Part shown: positions 51,130 to 64,000 of the stretch, piece by piece
How positions within the stretch are numbered: position 1 is the stretch's first letter
Layout: every line of letters begins with the position of its first letter
NCBI RefSeq assembly: GCF_006345805.1
Contig: NC_043012.1
Location: 32,178,001 to 32,242,000 of the forward strand
Length of the DNA: 64,000 nucleotides
Source of the DNA: Octopus sinensis
Lineage: Eukaryota
Reading direction: 5' to 3'
The notes under the pieces: generated by a model
Told to the model about the DNA's origin: nothing
The model's database searches: none
What the model saw: the letters and a program-made list of their open reading frames with translations, nothing else
Position numbers and translations under genes: made by a program

Positions 51130-51632
51130 ACCTGCATTTTTTTCCCAAAGTTTAAAGGTCAAAATCCCGAGTGCATAGTATATACGAGGTTAAAAATGAA
51201 AAATATTTTCTAAGCAATGTCCAAGTCTCTATTTGCTGTCCAGCTATGTTTATTCAGACGCATTTTGTGATGTCGGGCGCGAAAATACCTTAAGCTAAGC
51301 CTGAAAGCAATGAAAGCATAAAAGAATCATCCATAACTTGCAGTAAGCAACATTTATTAAAATAAAAGTATTCAGAACACAGAATAACATATAACAAAAA
51401 CAATTTGCAAACATATTTACATTCCCATATAACAGTTAAGAACATCACCATTATTGTATTACACATGCGCAGATGTGTTTGTTCGACTAGGTGCTGCTGG
51501 CTTAATTACACACGACTCAAGTTAGAGAAGGGGTGCGTATTATATACAAGGTTTAGATTTTTCAGAGGTACAGCCCCCTAAAAATCCCCTGCGTATTATA
51601 CTCAAGGGTGGACTATACTCAAGGATTTACGT
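51130..51632. mobile_element. pogo/Tigger-like non-autonomous element (one terminus preserved)
   Basis: Terminus ..gcgtattatactcaagggtggactatactcaaggatttacg(t)ta. Internal part matches 2230-2470. Confidence 0.6.
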
Positions 51633-52148
51633 TAGTCGTACAGATATAACATAAGGACACACCAACCTTACTTCAGAAACAAGAGAGGTATTAACTTTTT
51701 CAAAACTCTGTGTCATGTAGGTTTTGATATTTAGGGTTATTCTCCCAAAAAAGCATTCATAACTCATTCCTGTGGTTAGCTTATTTTCTTCTCCTTTCCC
51801 CACCAATAAAATTCTAAGCTTGCATACAGCCAATACAGTTGGAACACTTCAATTTTTTTTACCAATTTTTATTATTTTTAAAGTAAGTGTTCTTATTTTG
51901 TAGATTTCTTAAGTTTATCTTCAGAATTACGTGAACTGTTCCCATTATACTTATTTTAAAATGGAGCCTAATTATAATTTTATCTTTACTTTATTCAATA
52001 TAAAATAATTCAATGGTATTAAATTATATACCGCATAAAATTACAAGACATTGCATATTTCTGTATGCTGCAACAACAGTAAGAATATAATAATCATAAA
52101 AATGTGAATAAGAATTTCTTTAGAAGCCAAACTACCTCATATTTACAG

Positions 52149-52193
52149 GTGGGAAAAATGGGAAGTTTTACAACAGAAACCAACAGCTTTTGA
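52149..52193 (+). CDS. DNAJC5: Candidate terminal coding exon VGKMGSFTTETNSF* followed by U-rich 3'UTR-like sequence
   Basis: atatttacAG acceptor. In phase 0 it gives a short ORF ending TGA, and ~1 kb downstream is TE-poor and U-rich like a 3'UTR. The frame is not independently confirmed. Confidence 0.4.
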   Translation: MGKMGSFTTETNSF

Positions 52194-54254
52194 TATTTGA
52201 AGGAAATTTCCTTTCTTTTTTTTTTTTATATTCATTAACAATTTTTTTTTTAAAGTTTAAAAGTTTGGAAACTGAAATGTAGCTGTTTTGTTAATTTGTG
52301 TAGTCCTTTTTTTTTTATATATATATATATATAACTTTTATTTTTATGTTTTGTGTGTGTGTGAATGATGTCCTAGAAAACTAATTCAATGTAGAAATCC
52401 AAAGATTTTAGGTGGAAGTTAATGTTAAACCATTTTATTTGCTTTTTTCTATGTTGGTTGTTGTATTAGTGTAGAAATAATGTGTATGTGCATATATATA
52501 TAAATATATATATATATAATGTGAATGAAGTATTCTTGCAATGCTATGCTTTTGGTATTTAATCTAACTTTTGTATTCGTAATAATGGAAACTGAAATAG
52601 TCAAGACTCAAAAATACTCAAAAATCTAGTATTTTATTCCATTTAGTGTATGCTGTTACTTAGAGCTGATATCAATAGATTTGACCAAATATGTGCAAAC
52701 TTGGTGAAATCAAATTCATTCACTCAGAAGCCATGAATATGTAACCCCTAAAGCTAATCTTTGGTAGTTGTTTTTTTATCACAGTTATTTTCAATATTTA
52801 AACTTGTTGCATTCATATCCATTCTTTTTTTTTTTCCACTCAATCCATGACTTCTAATGGGTACCTTTCTATGAAAATATAACAATATTATAGAATTTAG
52901 ATACCAAATATAATCACTTTATCTCATTGCAAATTCTATTTTGGGGATTCTACTCATATATTCTTAGACTTGCTATCTTGAGTAGTCTTTTCTAAAAATA
53001 GCAAATTCTTAGATTGCCAAAACTCCATCAGGGAAATATGCATTCCACTACACTGTGATGATTGTACTAAGTCTACTTAGCCAGAATATATTCATCAGTG
53101 CTATGTCTTATTCTGCTTGTGATTGTATTCTGAAGAAAGTTCTTCACCTTGTTAGATCTTTTCACTGATGTTTCTTTTTATCCTGCTTCATTTCCACAGT
53201 TTTTTTATTTGCTAGTATTGATCTTCCAAACTTGACTGTCTTTCTCTGCTTATAAACTGCTTGGTATAATAATAATACCAGGTCTAACTGATATAACTGG
53301 AGAGCAGCAAGCTATGAGGACCACACCTCATGATTTAATCAACTTCTTCTGCTCAATCAGGGATGACCTGGGACTGCACGACTAAAATTGCTTCACATGC
53401 TTCTGTTTTCCACCACCTAACACCATTTCTTTTCTTCCCTTTTTTTTTTTGGCTTCAGACCTTGCCAATGTAAACATACCATTCTTCATTCTATGAGTTA
53501 TGGAAATATCATTCCACTTATATGTTACTAAACCAATTTCTTGCTTTGTTGTTTTTTTAAAGAAGGGTATCTGATTATTATACTTAAATGCAAAACTATA
53601 ATATTTTGATTTAGCACAAGGTCAATCACATTGACATTTATATTAACCCCCAAAATGTGGGTTAATGTCTTTAGCAGGTTTTGAATACAGAACAGCAAAA
53701 CACGGAAAAGATAATACAGTAAAGATCCTGGTCCTGCTTTTAAGTAACTTTTCCATGTCTGTCATCAGAGATATCAGTACCAAGAGCAGATCAAGACCTA
53801 TTGATATCCTAAACACAGACAACCAGGGGCTTACTCTTTACTAATCTTTCCATTGTCTAACAAAATATAAACACTTAAGTGCTGAATGTGAAATAATACA
53901 ATTAAATATTCAGTTTTGTTTCAGGCCATATCAAACTCTTTTGTTAACGTTGAAATAATGCCTTTTATTATTAGGATAACAAAGGAAAAAGTGCAAATTT
54001 TCAAAACTTATATGCCTATACATATATCCCTGTATAGATATATGTGTAGAAATGTGTGTGTGTGTGTATACACACATGTATATACATATCTTTGAATACT
54101 CAGAGTTTGAGAGATATTTGAGGACATATTTGGTAATTCAAAACAAGTCTAATTCTAGCAAAAACCAAATGTATTTTAATAAAAATTTGTGCGCACATTT
54201 CTCAATAAACTTTCTTATAAGATTAGATGAATCCACCTTCAGCTTGGAAGACTG

Positions 54255-54910
54255 CTTCAGTGCAGGATTGGAATCCTTGACATGTTTGCACTAAATGGTC
54301 CTTATTAATTTTGGACATCACTTGGACGACAGCAGACTTCAGTGAAGCTATGGTATTGTAAGAATGTCAGTTAGTCTACCCCTGTCAACAGTGCTCCCAA
54401 TAAAGTAGTCCATGGGATTTACATCTGGCATGTCTGGAGGCCACGTTTGGTATTAAATAGCCAGAAAGATTGTCTAGCATCCTTTCTTAGGTTATGTAGG
54501 CTGTGTGAGAATGTGCTGAGTCTTGTTGTACCACATATGGTCTCCCATTGCATACTTCATACTTCGTCCATCCAGGAAGATGGGGTGGCATAACATGACC
54601 CTCTTTACATACCATTCCTAAAACCATTACAGTTTCTGGGAACATCAGAAGGATCTGCACATCTGTCATTTCTCTTGTTAGATTTTTGGTCTCGGTTGAT
54701 CGATAATGTTTTGATCCTTTTTGATGAATTACAGTGTCCAAATGTCCAGAATGTCTTTCCACCCCCACCCCCTCTCTGATATGGCTGAAACATTCCTACC
54801 AGAGAGGATTCCAATTCCATCTAAACTTTGTGTACATTTAGAAAGTTGGCAATTTCTAAATCACTGTGTACCACAAATATAGCAAAAATAACTGCATGTC
54901 CTTTCATTTC
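54255..54910 (-). mobile_element. Tc1/mariner transposase remnant (maT/DD37D-like)
   Basis: FPETVMVLGMVCKEGHVMPPH..GRPYVVQQDSAHSH and PDMPDVNPMDYF (SPDLNP-like motif). Confidence 0.75.
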
Positions 54911-55439
54911 TTGTGTTAGCATATTACCAGCCATGCAGTATCTGACAAAAATAACAATCCTTTACTTGGTTTGAGGAGAGTAATATACTGATAAAGTATC
55001 CTCAAATACCCCCACAACCTGTATATATATGTGTGTGTGTGGATGTGTTGTGTCTCATTAATCTTGATGTTGCATGATTGTTGTAAACAAATGTCATTCA
55101 TTTCCAATGTTCTGTGCAAAAATGCTATTTGGCCGTGGGAAAATATTACCTTACTTGGAACCTGGTCAATGTTGGCAACAGGAAGGACATCTGGCCAATA
55201 GAAAAATGCCTCAATAAACTCTGTCTGACTCATGCAAGCATGGGAAGGTGAGCATTAAAACAGATGATGATGATTGTGTGTGTGTCTGTATAAATATGTA
55301 TATATGTATAGATGTGTATATACATACATATATATGTACACATATATGTGCGTATATGTATTGTCAGATTTTTTTTATTCACCAATGGTTTTAACAAAGC
55401 AGTCAATAATATATTCTCCTCTGCCATTGTTCAAGATTT

Positions 55440-56290
55440 CTTGTCAAAGACTTGACAGTAAAAATCACTGACTCTTGGCTCAAAGAATTTGTCAAACCAT
55501 GTTTTCAGCTGTTGGAGAGTGACCAAAAACAGGAGATTATCTGATGACGCTCTCTCTCTTACTCAGAAGAATACTCTGGTAGAACTTCTCAACCAAGCTC
55601 TTGAACAGAATAACATGCATCATCTTGCTTCAATGCAGCTCTGGCTTGACTTGTATCTTGCTTGTCGAGGCTCAGCCATTCTTTGCTCTGTTGCATTTGA
55701 TATAAAGTCACCATTTTTCATTACCAGTGACAATGCAGTTAAGAAATCTCAGCATCCAGAGATGGCCTGATGTCTAGGAAGCTAACTAATGGCAATAGAG
55801 GGGTACTGGAGTTTCTCTCTTGTTCAGTGTGGTACACATGCTCTGAGTTTCGGAACATAACCTATCAAGTAAAGTTGTGGGCAACAGTATCATTAGTGCA
55901 TTCTGTCTGCCAGGCCTATTCCTTTGTGGATTGGCACAGATCCTCATGGATGTGCTCATTCAGTTGATTTTCAATGATGTGAACAAGTTGGTTGGAATGC
56001 GAAAAGTTTGTGAGGTCCAATTTCCCCTCCTTGAAACACGAAGACTATTTCTGTGCAGTTCTTTCGGCTATAGTGCCTTCTCTGTACACAGCACAATTGT
56101 CTGAAGTGGCACTTTGGCAGCTTGATTAAAAAGCAAAGTGAAACAGGTGTCAAAAATGCCCTTTTTTTTTAAATCCTACTGGGCATGCCATTGTCATATG
56201 TTTGAAAAGGGGTGAAATTTATTCAAATTTCAAAAGCTATAAAAGTTGTAAAGGAAGAATAGACCTAAAACAAAACATGAAACCCTACAA
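55440..56290 (-). mobile_element. mariner transposase remnant
   Basis: Frameshifted ..CAVYREGTIAERTA..FKEGKLDL..ENQLNEHIHED..CIVTGNEKW..VKPELH.., matching mariner HTH and IVTGDEKW motifs. Confidence 0.75.
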
Positions 56291-56949
56291 TAAAAATATT
56301 TTTTGTGTTTATTGAAATAACACTTGAAAGTAAGAAACAAATTTATCTGACAACTCTCTCTCTTTCCCCCTTTCTCTTTCTTTATTTCCCTCTCTCTCTC
56401 TCTCCCTGCATGTATATTTTTCCTTGAGATTTATGCAAACTCTTCATGGAGTTATAGCTGCTCACTAACAAACTGACAGGACTTTTTGAGTTAAGACAGT
56501 TCCTGGTGTTTATAAATATGTGGCTGAGTTGGTGTACGTAATTATGTAGGTGTCTACACCTGCATTTATGTTGTGTGTGCTCATGTCTCTTTAATGCTTG
56601 GGGCTTTGTGCATGTATGTCTGTATGCATCATTACTCTTTACATATGTGTCCTTGCAGATGCACACAACATATATGTGTGTGCATATATTCATTTAATAA
56701 ATCTCAAATGGAGAATCTTACAACTTTCCATTGTGTCTCTAATAAATTGGATTTGGAGGATGCATGTCAGTTTCTTTCGCTCTTTCTTAGGAAATGCTAG
56801 TATTTTTAGAGTTTTGTGCAAATCCATAGATACATAGTCTAATCTACCTATGATGATTGTACAAATGAAATTTTATAACCAGAATACAAGAGCTGTAAGT
56901 TTCACATTAGTTCACTGTAAGTAGCCTTTTTTTCATGAACTTTTGATGG

Positions 56950-57900
56950 CATGTTCGCATCTGCTGATATAGGTGACCTTTCACACTGGTGGAATATAGT
57001 CAACATTTTCTATCCCAACATGAAACCTTGGTGGCAGCTTTGTCTCTCTTGTTTATCAGGTATTTAGCAGCTGTATCCTGTTTGTGGACAGCATGAGATG
57101 TAATGTATCTATCGCATGTCCCAAGCGAGGTTACTCTTCCTCTCAAAACTGCTGTTATCCTCCGGCTTGCAGGAGATGCATCCATGTATTGTTTCTTCTA
57201 GTATGGTGAATGCTTCTCTTCCAAGCTTCTGTTTAGGTAGGTCAGTTCTGCTCAAGAGTTTTTTCCTCTACTCTGAAGATATTGTTCTTTGGAGTATGCA
57301 TGTAATGTACTCACCTTTTATTTTTCTTTACAGTTCAGCACATATTGTTTGAGTGATAGTGTGTACCACTCAAATGCCATTTGGACTGACCATATTCTTG
57401 TGTTACCATCTCTTCATCTTACGTAGATCTCGTCAGTATTACTCTTGATATGGATCTCATCAAGTATACAGTTTCATATCCCAAATGTTGATACTGGCAC
57501 TGCAAAAGCATTGATAATATATTGTCTTATTAAATGCAGACAGCTCTGAGTTTCATATTTTATGGAGTCTGCTGAACTATTCTTTTGTTACTCTGGCTTT
57601 ATTCACAGCACCAATGAATGCAACATTTTCATCATTTCCAAGATACCCAAAGTATTCATCATCCAAGAGAGGGGAGATCGACGAGCCATTGATGTTTGCA
57701 TTTCCCGTCTGATCAGCAATCTTTCCTCTATTGACTATCATGTATGATCATTTATTTTGCTCAAACAGCAGTCTTATGTCCTATGGGAATGTTATGGCAA
57801 GTTCTAATTGTCTTTTGATATTGTTCATGTTATTAGAATCTACCTTTAGATCATCCTCCTGAGGAGAAGCATTTACAGCTTGATGGCATGACCTTTTTTA
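56950..57900 (-). mobile_element. R4/Dong-like (RLE-clade) LINE remnant
   Basis: ..EDDLKV..YLG.DENV..NKARVTKE..NSELSAFNK..AKYLINKRDK.., degraded. Confidence 0.65.
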
Positions 57901-58139
57901 TAGTGGCAAAAATTATAGGGCATTCTAGAGAATAATCTGTTCCCTAAACCAATGTATCTGTTTTTGATGCCATGGTATATGTGTATGCATATATGTGTGT
58001 GTGCATATGTATGCTTCATTAAATACACTACTATGTTCAAGTTTAATCCTTTTCATTTTATATTGTTCATATTTTCTGATTACCTTTTTACAGTTGGTTT
58101 CAAACAGTAGAGTTCCTGAATCTATATCTTCCTCATTGT

Positions 58140-58371
58140 AGGCGGCGAGCTGGCAGAAACGGTAGCACGCCGGGCGAAATGCGAAGCCGTATTTCGTCTG
58201 CCGTTACGTTCTGAGTTCAAATTCCGCCGAGGTTGACTTTGCCTTTCATCCTTTCAGGGTCGATAAATTAAGTACCAGTTAAGCACTGGGGTCGATGGAA
58301 TCGACTTAATACCTTTGTCTGTCCTTGTTTGTCCCCTCTGTGTTTAGCCCTTTATGGGTAGTAAAGAAATA
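58140..58371 (+). mobile_element. SINE family A, young
   Basis: 17-bp TSD tatatcttcctcattgt at 58123-58139 and 58372-58388. Confidence 0.9.
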
Positions 58372-58439
58372 TATATCTTCCTCATTGTCCCACCACCATG
58401 CCACTGTCAGTCTGGCTGGGACCTTGCATCTAGAGGCGT

Positions 58440-59750
58440 CTTCCTTTCTCTTATCTTATCAATCAGATATTTAATAGCCATCTTCTGTTTCTTCTAGGTG
58501 ATATGTGATACATTTATCAAAGGTTCAGGTGCGACTTACTATTCTTGTCAATGTTGTTGGGATTACCCATGCATAACATTTTGCTGGTATGCTTAGTATT
58601 TCTAATCCAAGTCTCTAATTAGGTCAGCCCATCCACCCTTGGTTCACAGATTTATTCAAGTATCTAGTCAAGTATCCCCAAATAAGCATACTGGCACCAT
58701 GCAAAAGCATTGAGAAATATTTCATTAAATGCAAACATCTCTGATTTCCATGCCTTTCAGAGTTTGCTGAAGTATTTTGTTTCTGTAACTTCACTCACAG
58801 CACCAACATATGTGATATTCTCATCAATTTCAAATATATCATGGATGACAGAGGAAATGGAGAGGCCATTGCTATCCATATTCCTCGACTGGTTGGCAAT
58901 TTTTTCTTGTTTGGCCAAACTACAGTTCTGTGTCCTGCAAGAATATTGCAGCTAGTTCTGTCTCTTGCTGTCATGACATTAATTTGTATTTCCTTAACCA
59001 GGCTGACAAGGAGTTCACAGCTAGGACTAAAAACATTGCAGAACCTAATTCTTTTACTGACTATAGCAGTTGGAACTTTGGCATGATTTAGTGACTCTAT
59101 AGGCGGCAAGCTGGCAGAAACAGTAGCACGCCAGGCGAAATGCTTAGCGGTATTTCGTCTGCCGTTACGTTCCGAGTTCAAATTCCACCTGGGTCAACTT
59201 TGCCTCTCATCCTTTCAGGGTCGATAAATAAAGTACCAGTTTCGCACTGGGGTCGATGTAAACAACTTAATCCCTTTGTCTGTCCTTGTTTGTCCCCTCT
59301 ATGTTTAGCCCCTTGTGGGCAATAAAGAAATATATTATCCATGAGTGAAGAACATAGTCAAATGCCATTTTATAGCCGAGTCATGCAGTTTGCAGGTTTT
59401 GCTTCCTAAAAGACAACTTTGATGAAGAGAAGCTGTTTGGCACAGCCCCAGATTCCTTTCTGTTCTCCTTATTCACCAGTCACCACCCTGTCTTTGATAG
59501 CAGTTCTAGAGGAATGCTTTCAAGCAGCTTGTATATAATTTATACATCACATTCAAGCATGCTATGGGTTTGAAAGTTTTTGACCACGTACATCTACTCT
59601 TTTTAGCTGTTGGTGTTGTATGTGTCACTACTGTCCAGTCTAGCACATCAAGCTCAACATTCTTTCAAGATCCCTTCCCAAAATTACTTGAGATCATCCT
59701 AGGCAAGGACCTTTTACCCTCCTGATAGTATGGCCTTCATACTGCAATAT
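58440..59750 (-). mobile_element. Further R4/Dong-like LINE remnants, interrupted by SINE A (59101-59331)
   Basis: ..FKPIACLNVMYKLYTSCL..KGIWGCAKQLLFIK.. at 59350-59600 (RT N-terminal motifs). Confidence 0.6.
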
Positions 59751-60927
59751 ACTGCTTGTAGGTTTAGTATTAATTTGCTATTAGTGGTTTCATATTCTAG
59801 TAACTTTTTTTAACAAAATTGTTCACTTATTGCTCATCGTTCGTGTTTAAAGGCAATTAATATCTCTTGTCACAGTTCTATAGACCTTAAGATAATATAT
59901 CATAAAGTCGGGGCTGTTGTTAAATGAATTTCCACTTAGTGATAATGTCTTTGTCCAATATTTATTATGTGTATGTGTGTGTGTTGTAATATACATGTAT
60001 TATAGTCCTGGACAGAACAGAAGAGCAATTACCATTAGTTTCACAGTCAGGTCAATCTTCTAAGCATGCACACAGGAAGTCTGTTATAGTGGCAGATTTA
60101 TAAACATTGTGTGTGTATATATGCGCACACACACATACATATATACAGGAAGTCTTTTACTGTGACAGATTTGTAAATGTGTGTGTGTGTGTATACACAA
60201 ATACACACACACGTTCACAGTAATTTCTACACTAAAGCAAAATTTATAACTAGTTTGCCAATCTTATAAATTTTAAGCAGTAAAATTAATTCATCTTGCC
60301 TTTTGTTACAATCAATACCAAACCCCCCAAAAAGGTGCTAAGCCATGCGTAAAGTGGATAATTGTCTAACTATCCTGACTCAAGTGCTACCAGTTGAAAG
60401 GTTAATTTGATATTAGGTTTTATAAACGCCAGTTTGACACCAAGGAGAAATAGGTTTACTGATGAGTTCTCTTCATACATATTACACAAGGCCTGACAGT
60501 GCCTCTTCATAAATCAGATATTGAAATCTATTTTTAGCTCTACTATTTTGTCTTCACAAAATAACGTATGGTGCAAAGATAAGATAAAAAAATGGGGAGT
60601 AGCAGGTACTCTGTTAATCAATAATGCAGTCACTCAACAAGCAATAATAGATACCTGCTTTGACTCCCATCAGTAGGTCTGCTATTTTTTTCTGTCTCCA
60701 AAACTGATGCTTATAATGTCTAATATGATTTTTAAATCAATTCTGATAAGCACGTCAAAATATCTCCGTCTTCACTTGCACACTCCCCACTCAAAACTAT
60801 AATAAGAGGCATGTCACCTGAAACAGGCACCTGAAATTAAAAAATCAGTTTTTTTAAACTGTTGCAGTTCACCTTCTTTGCCTTGTGTCCAACACTAAGA
60901 TCTACAGACATACTTTATATATATATA

Positions 60928-61217
60928 TGATCACCGTGACCGACCAGGCTATCAGATGTTGCTACACATTGCTGGTCACAATGCGCTTCGCATTGTTTTA
61001 GCCTTCAAATGATGCCACCCCGCTGGCTAAGCGAGCAGGCCAACAGAAGAAAGAGTGAGAGAAAGTTGTGGCGAAAGAGTACAGCAGGGATCGCCACCAC
61101 CCCCTGCCGGAGCTTTAGGGGTTTCGCTCAATAAACACTCACAATGCCTGGTCCTGGAATCGAAACTGCGATCGTACGACAAGTCCGCTGCCCTAATCAC
61201 TGGGCCATTGCGCCTCC
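60928..61217 (-). mobile_element. tRNA-derived SINE family E
   Basis: Minus strand head ggaggcgcaatggcccagtgattagggcagcggac...gtttcgattcc contains A- and B-box-like motifs. Confidence 0.75.
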
Positions 61218-61539
61218 ACACACACACACATATATATATACATATATGAGAGAGGGGAGTAAACACTTAGACCGACACTGTATTTTCCACAAGCCACTGC
61301 ATGCATAGGAAGTGTAAATTATGAGTGGTAGCTAGATATGTATGTATGTTGGATGCATGGGTCAAAATTTGTTTGTCCACCTGCCTTTGGATCATAGATC
61401 TATTTGAACAGGGTTGATTAAAGCCTGCACAACAATAATATTGCATGATAAAGTGAAGCCTTCCAGGCTGCAAAATATTGATTGTTGATACTGACAATGC
61501 ATTTCAGAATTCTATATTTTATATCTATTTCTTTTTTTA

Positions 61540-62500
61540 ATTTGTTAAACTGGTGGAGTGGATACTCCAAGAGCATAGCTGCTAGAATAAGAATAAGGGC
61601 AATGTTCAGAGAGCTCCTACTTCTGTTGGTAACAAAGGGCCTCTTGCTCAGAGTGAAAAGCAGATTGTATGATGCCTGTGTGTGGACAGCCATGTTACAT
61701 GGCAGCGAATCATGGGCTGTGACTGCCAGGGAGATGTGTAAGCTTGAAAGAAATGAAACTAGTATGCTTTGCTGGATGTGCGATGTCAGTGTGCATGTAT
61801 GACAGGGTGTAAATGTCTTGAGAGAAAATTTGGACATAAAAGACATCAGATGTGGTGTACAAAAGATCCAATTGCGTTGTTATGGTCATATGATGAGTAT
61901 GGATGTGGACAGCTGTGTGAAGAAATGCCGATCTCTACTAGTGGAAGGAAGCTGTTGAAGAGGGTGACCCAGGATGGCATGGTACACAGTAGTGAAGCAT
62001 TATCTTTCAAACATTGGGCCTCATGGGAGCAACGATTAATGACTGAGACCTTAGGCAATATGCCATGCTTGAGAAGACCTGTCAAGCCAAGGGAAATCGT
62101 AGTCGGGGCCATTGTCAGTGTCTTTTGGGCGTTGGGCCTCATGGAGGTAATGTGGCCAATGCCAGTGTCATGTAACTAGCACCCATGCTGGGGGTACATA
62201 AAAGGTACCTTTCAAGGACTGAGCCTTACAGAAGCAGTGACAAATGACCAAGACCTTTGGCAATATGCTGGGCTTGAGAAGAAGACCCATCAAACCAAGT
62301 GAAATCGTAATCATGACTGATACAGGTTTCACACAACTAGCATGCAAAAGCACCCATTACACTCTGAGTGGTTGGCATTAGGAAGGGCATCCAGCTGGAG
62401 AAACCCTGACTGGAGTCTGGTGCAGCCCCTCAGCTTAGCAGCTCTGGTCAAACCATCCAAACCGTACCAGCATGGACAATGGATGCTAAATGATGATACA
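61540..62500 (+). mobile_element. RTE LINE 3' fragment with duplicated ORF terminus and tail
   Basis: ..FRELLLLLVTKGLLLRVKSRLYDACVWTAMLHGSESW.., with ORF-end-like sequence at both ~62030-62100 and ~62215-62305. Confidence 0.75.
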
Positions 62501-62551
62501 TCTTTAATAATATCTCCCTTAGATCAGTATTAATTATTCCATAACTTATGT

Positions 62552-62633
62552 CAGTGGTTCCCAACCTGGGGTTCATGGGCCCCTGGTGGTCCACAAAGGT
62601 AGTGCTGGGGAGGGGGGGTGAACTAAATTCAAC

Positions 62634-62685
<52 letters not shown>

Positions 62686-62805
62686 TACACACACACACAT
62701 ACAAACATACATACACATACACACATAAGAATAAGCATATTAAAAGGGGACTGTGGGAAAACTCATTTATATAAAAGGGTTCACAACCACTATTGGGAAA
62801 CATTG
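62552..62805. mobile_element. hAT-like MITE with internal (TA)n/(CA)n
   Basis: TIR CAGTGGTTCCCAA / TTGGGAAACATTG, with an 8-bp TSD acttatgt/acctatgt (one mismatch). Confidence 0.7.
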
Positions 62806-64000
62806 ACCTATGTCTATTTTAGTTGGCTGTTAGCAGTTTACAATACTTATCTCTTTTTCATATTCCTTCTTTTCTCTGTTGACGGCATTTCTCTGTGGAT
62901 ACAGATTATAATTCTATCTCTGCTACCTACCCTTCTTATTTGAACGTCAGTTCTTCTAATTCATTTCACTTCTTACATATTTCTTTCTAATCTTTTCTTC
63001 CACTATTTATAAACTTTTCTTCATACTCCATATTTAAACCCCCATACTTGCTGCATCATGTAGCCATCTTTCAATACAGTTGTAGATAAAGACAAATATA
63101 CTCTAAACGGTCTAGTCATAAACTGTAGCTATTATTTTGTTATTGACCTTTTCACCAGCTATGATAAAATCAATTAACAGAACCTATCACCTAATTTCAC
63201 AATGTTGTTACTACAATTTTAGTGGAGAGTACATAACTAATGAGATAACTTATCAATCATTAATGGGAGGAGAGGGTTTGAAAAAGTCATTAGTTATTCA
63301 GCTGCAAAAGTGGTTGTAGATTTGTTTTCTATATGCCTTAGTAAATTATTACTCAAGTTTGGAATATGGTATATAAAAGTGTATAATATGTTCAATGGAG
63401 TGGTCGTAGTAGTCTTAATATAATGATGTTTCTATAAGTCAGTAGTGCATTACGTAATATTCTTCAGCCGTAGATTTTGTTTATCAAGACAGATGTAAGG
63501 TCGGATGTTAAGTTTCATTGAGTGTGAAAGAGTCTGATGATATGCTTTTTACATAGGTGCAAAATATTCTATAGTTCATAAGGAGTGAAAGCTTTTCTAA
63601 AATTTTGTTATGTCTTAATAGTACAACCACTGGAAATCAATATAAACAGAAATATCCGGATGTTTGTTGTTGATTTTCACAGCAATTCTATTGGCAAAAA
63701 CCTATGTCACTGGGCAATTCTCCAAAAACATAATGATTTTCTTCTAGCATTGAAGAGAAACTACTATATAACATTATTCATATCACAGTGGTTAATATGC
63801 TTAAAAGTGAACAGTTTTTTTCCATTATTTTGAGACTTTTAACCAGCAAAAGAATTTTAAATAAAAATTTTAAAAAAAGAAAGCAATTTTTAACACATCT
63901 TTCTATTAAAGTTTGACAGCAATCAGTTTTCATAAATTATTAGATGCATTTTACTCGTTTTTTAATTTTCAACTAAACACTCAACCCAGACAAGTAGAAA

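Noticed and set aside
60928-61217. tRNA gene (also the heads of SINE A and B)
   Set aside because: A/B-box-like motifs exist but no complete cloverleaf, and the head continues into SINE body sequence.
63300-64000. A second host gene near the window end
   Set aside because: Only short low-complexity ORFs and no recognisable exon chain or protein motif.

Overview
AT-rich, repeat-dense eukaryotic (animal) DNA. The repeat families and microsatellite load suggest an octopus or other coleoid cephalopod; this is inferred from recalled repeat types, not from a search. I can support one host gene: a plus-strand, multi-exon cysteine string protein (DNAJC5/CSP-like) gene. Four exons are secure (22608-22689, 26984-27040, 29958-30110, 31974-32105) and encode the J-domain with an intact HPD motif, the linker and a 12-Cys string. 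Two 3' exons (46225-46260 and 52149-52193) are probable. The start-codon exon was not identified. The rest is introns and intergenic DNA filled with tRNA-derived SINEs, RTE, CR1 and R4/Dong-like LINE remnants, Tc1/mariner and pogo remnants, MITEs with clear TIRs and TSDs (Merlin-like, hAT-like, piggyBac-like), fold-back elements, a solo-LTR-like segment and microsatellites. Almost all ORFs in the supplied track are microsatellite or repeat artefacts. No prokaryote-type system (CRISPR, operon) is present. The most unusual signals are: (i) a variable-copy array of ~62-66 nt double-hairpin units in the 3' UTR of the RTE retroelement, including one compensatory base change; (ii) a Merlin-like MITE carrying a telomere-like G-rich tract; (iii) several long fold-backs and palindromes; (iv) the phase-symmetric exon architecture of the CSP gene plus a candidate stop-containing microexon.
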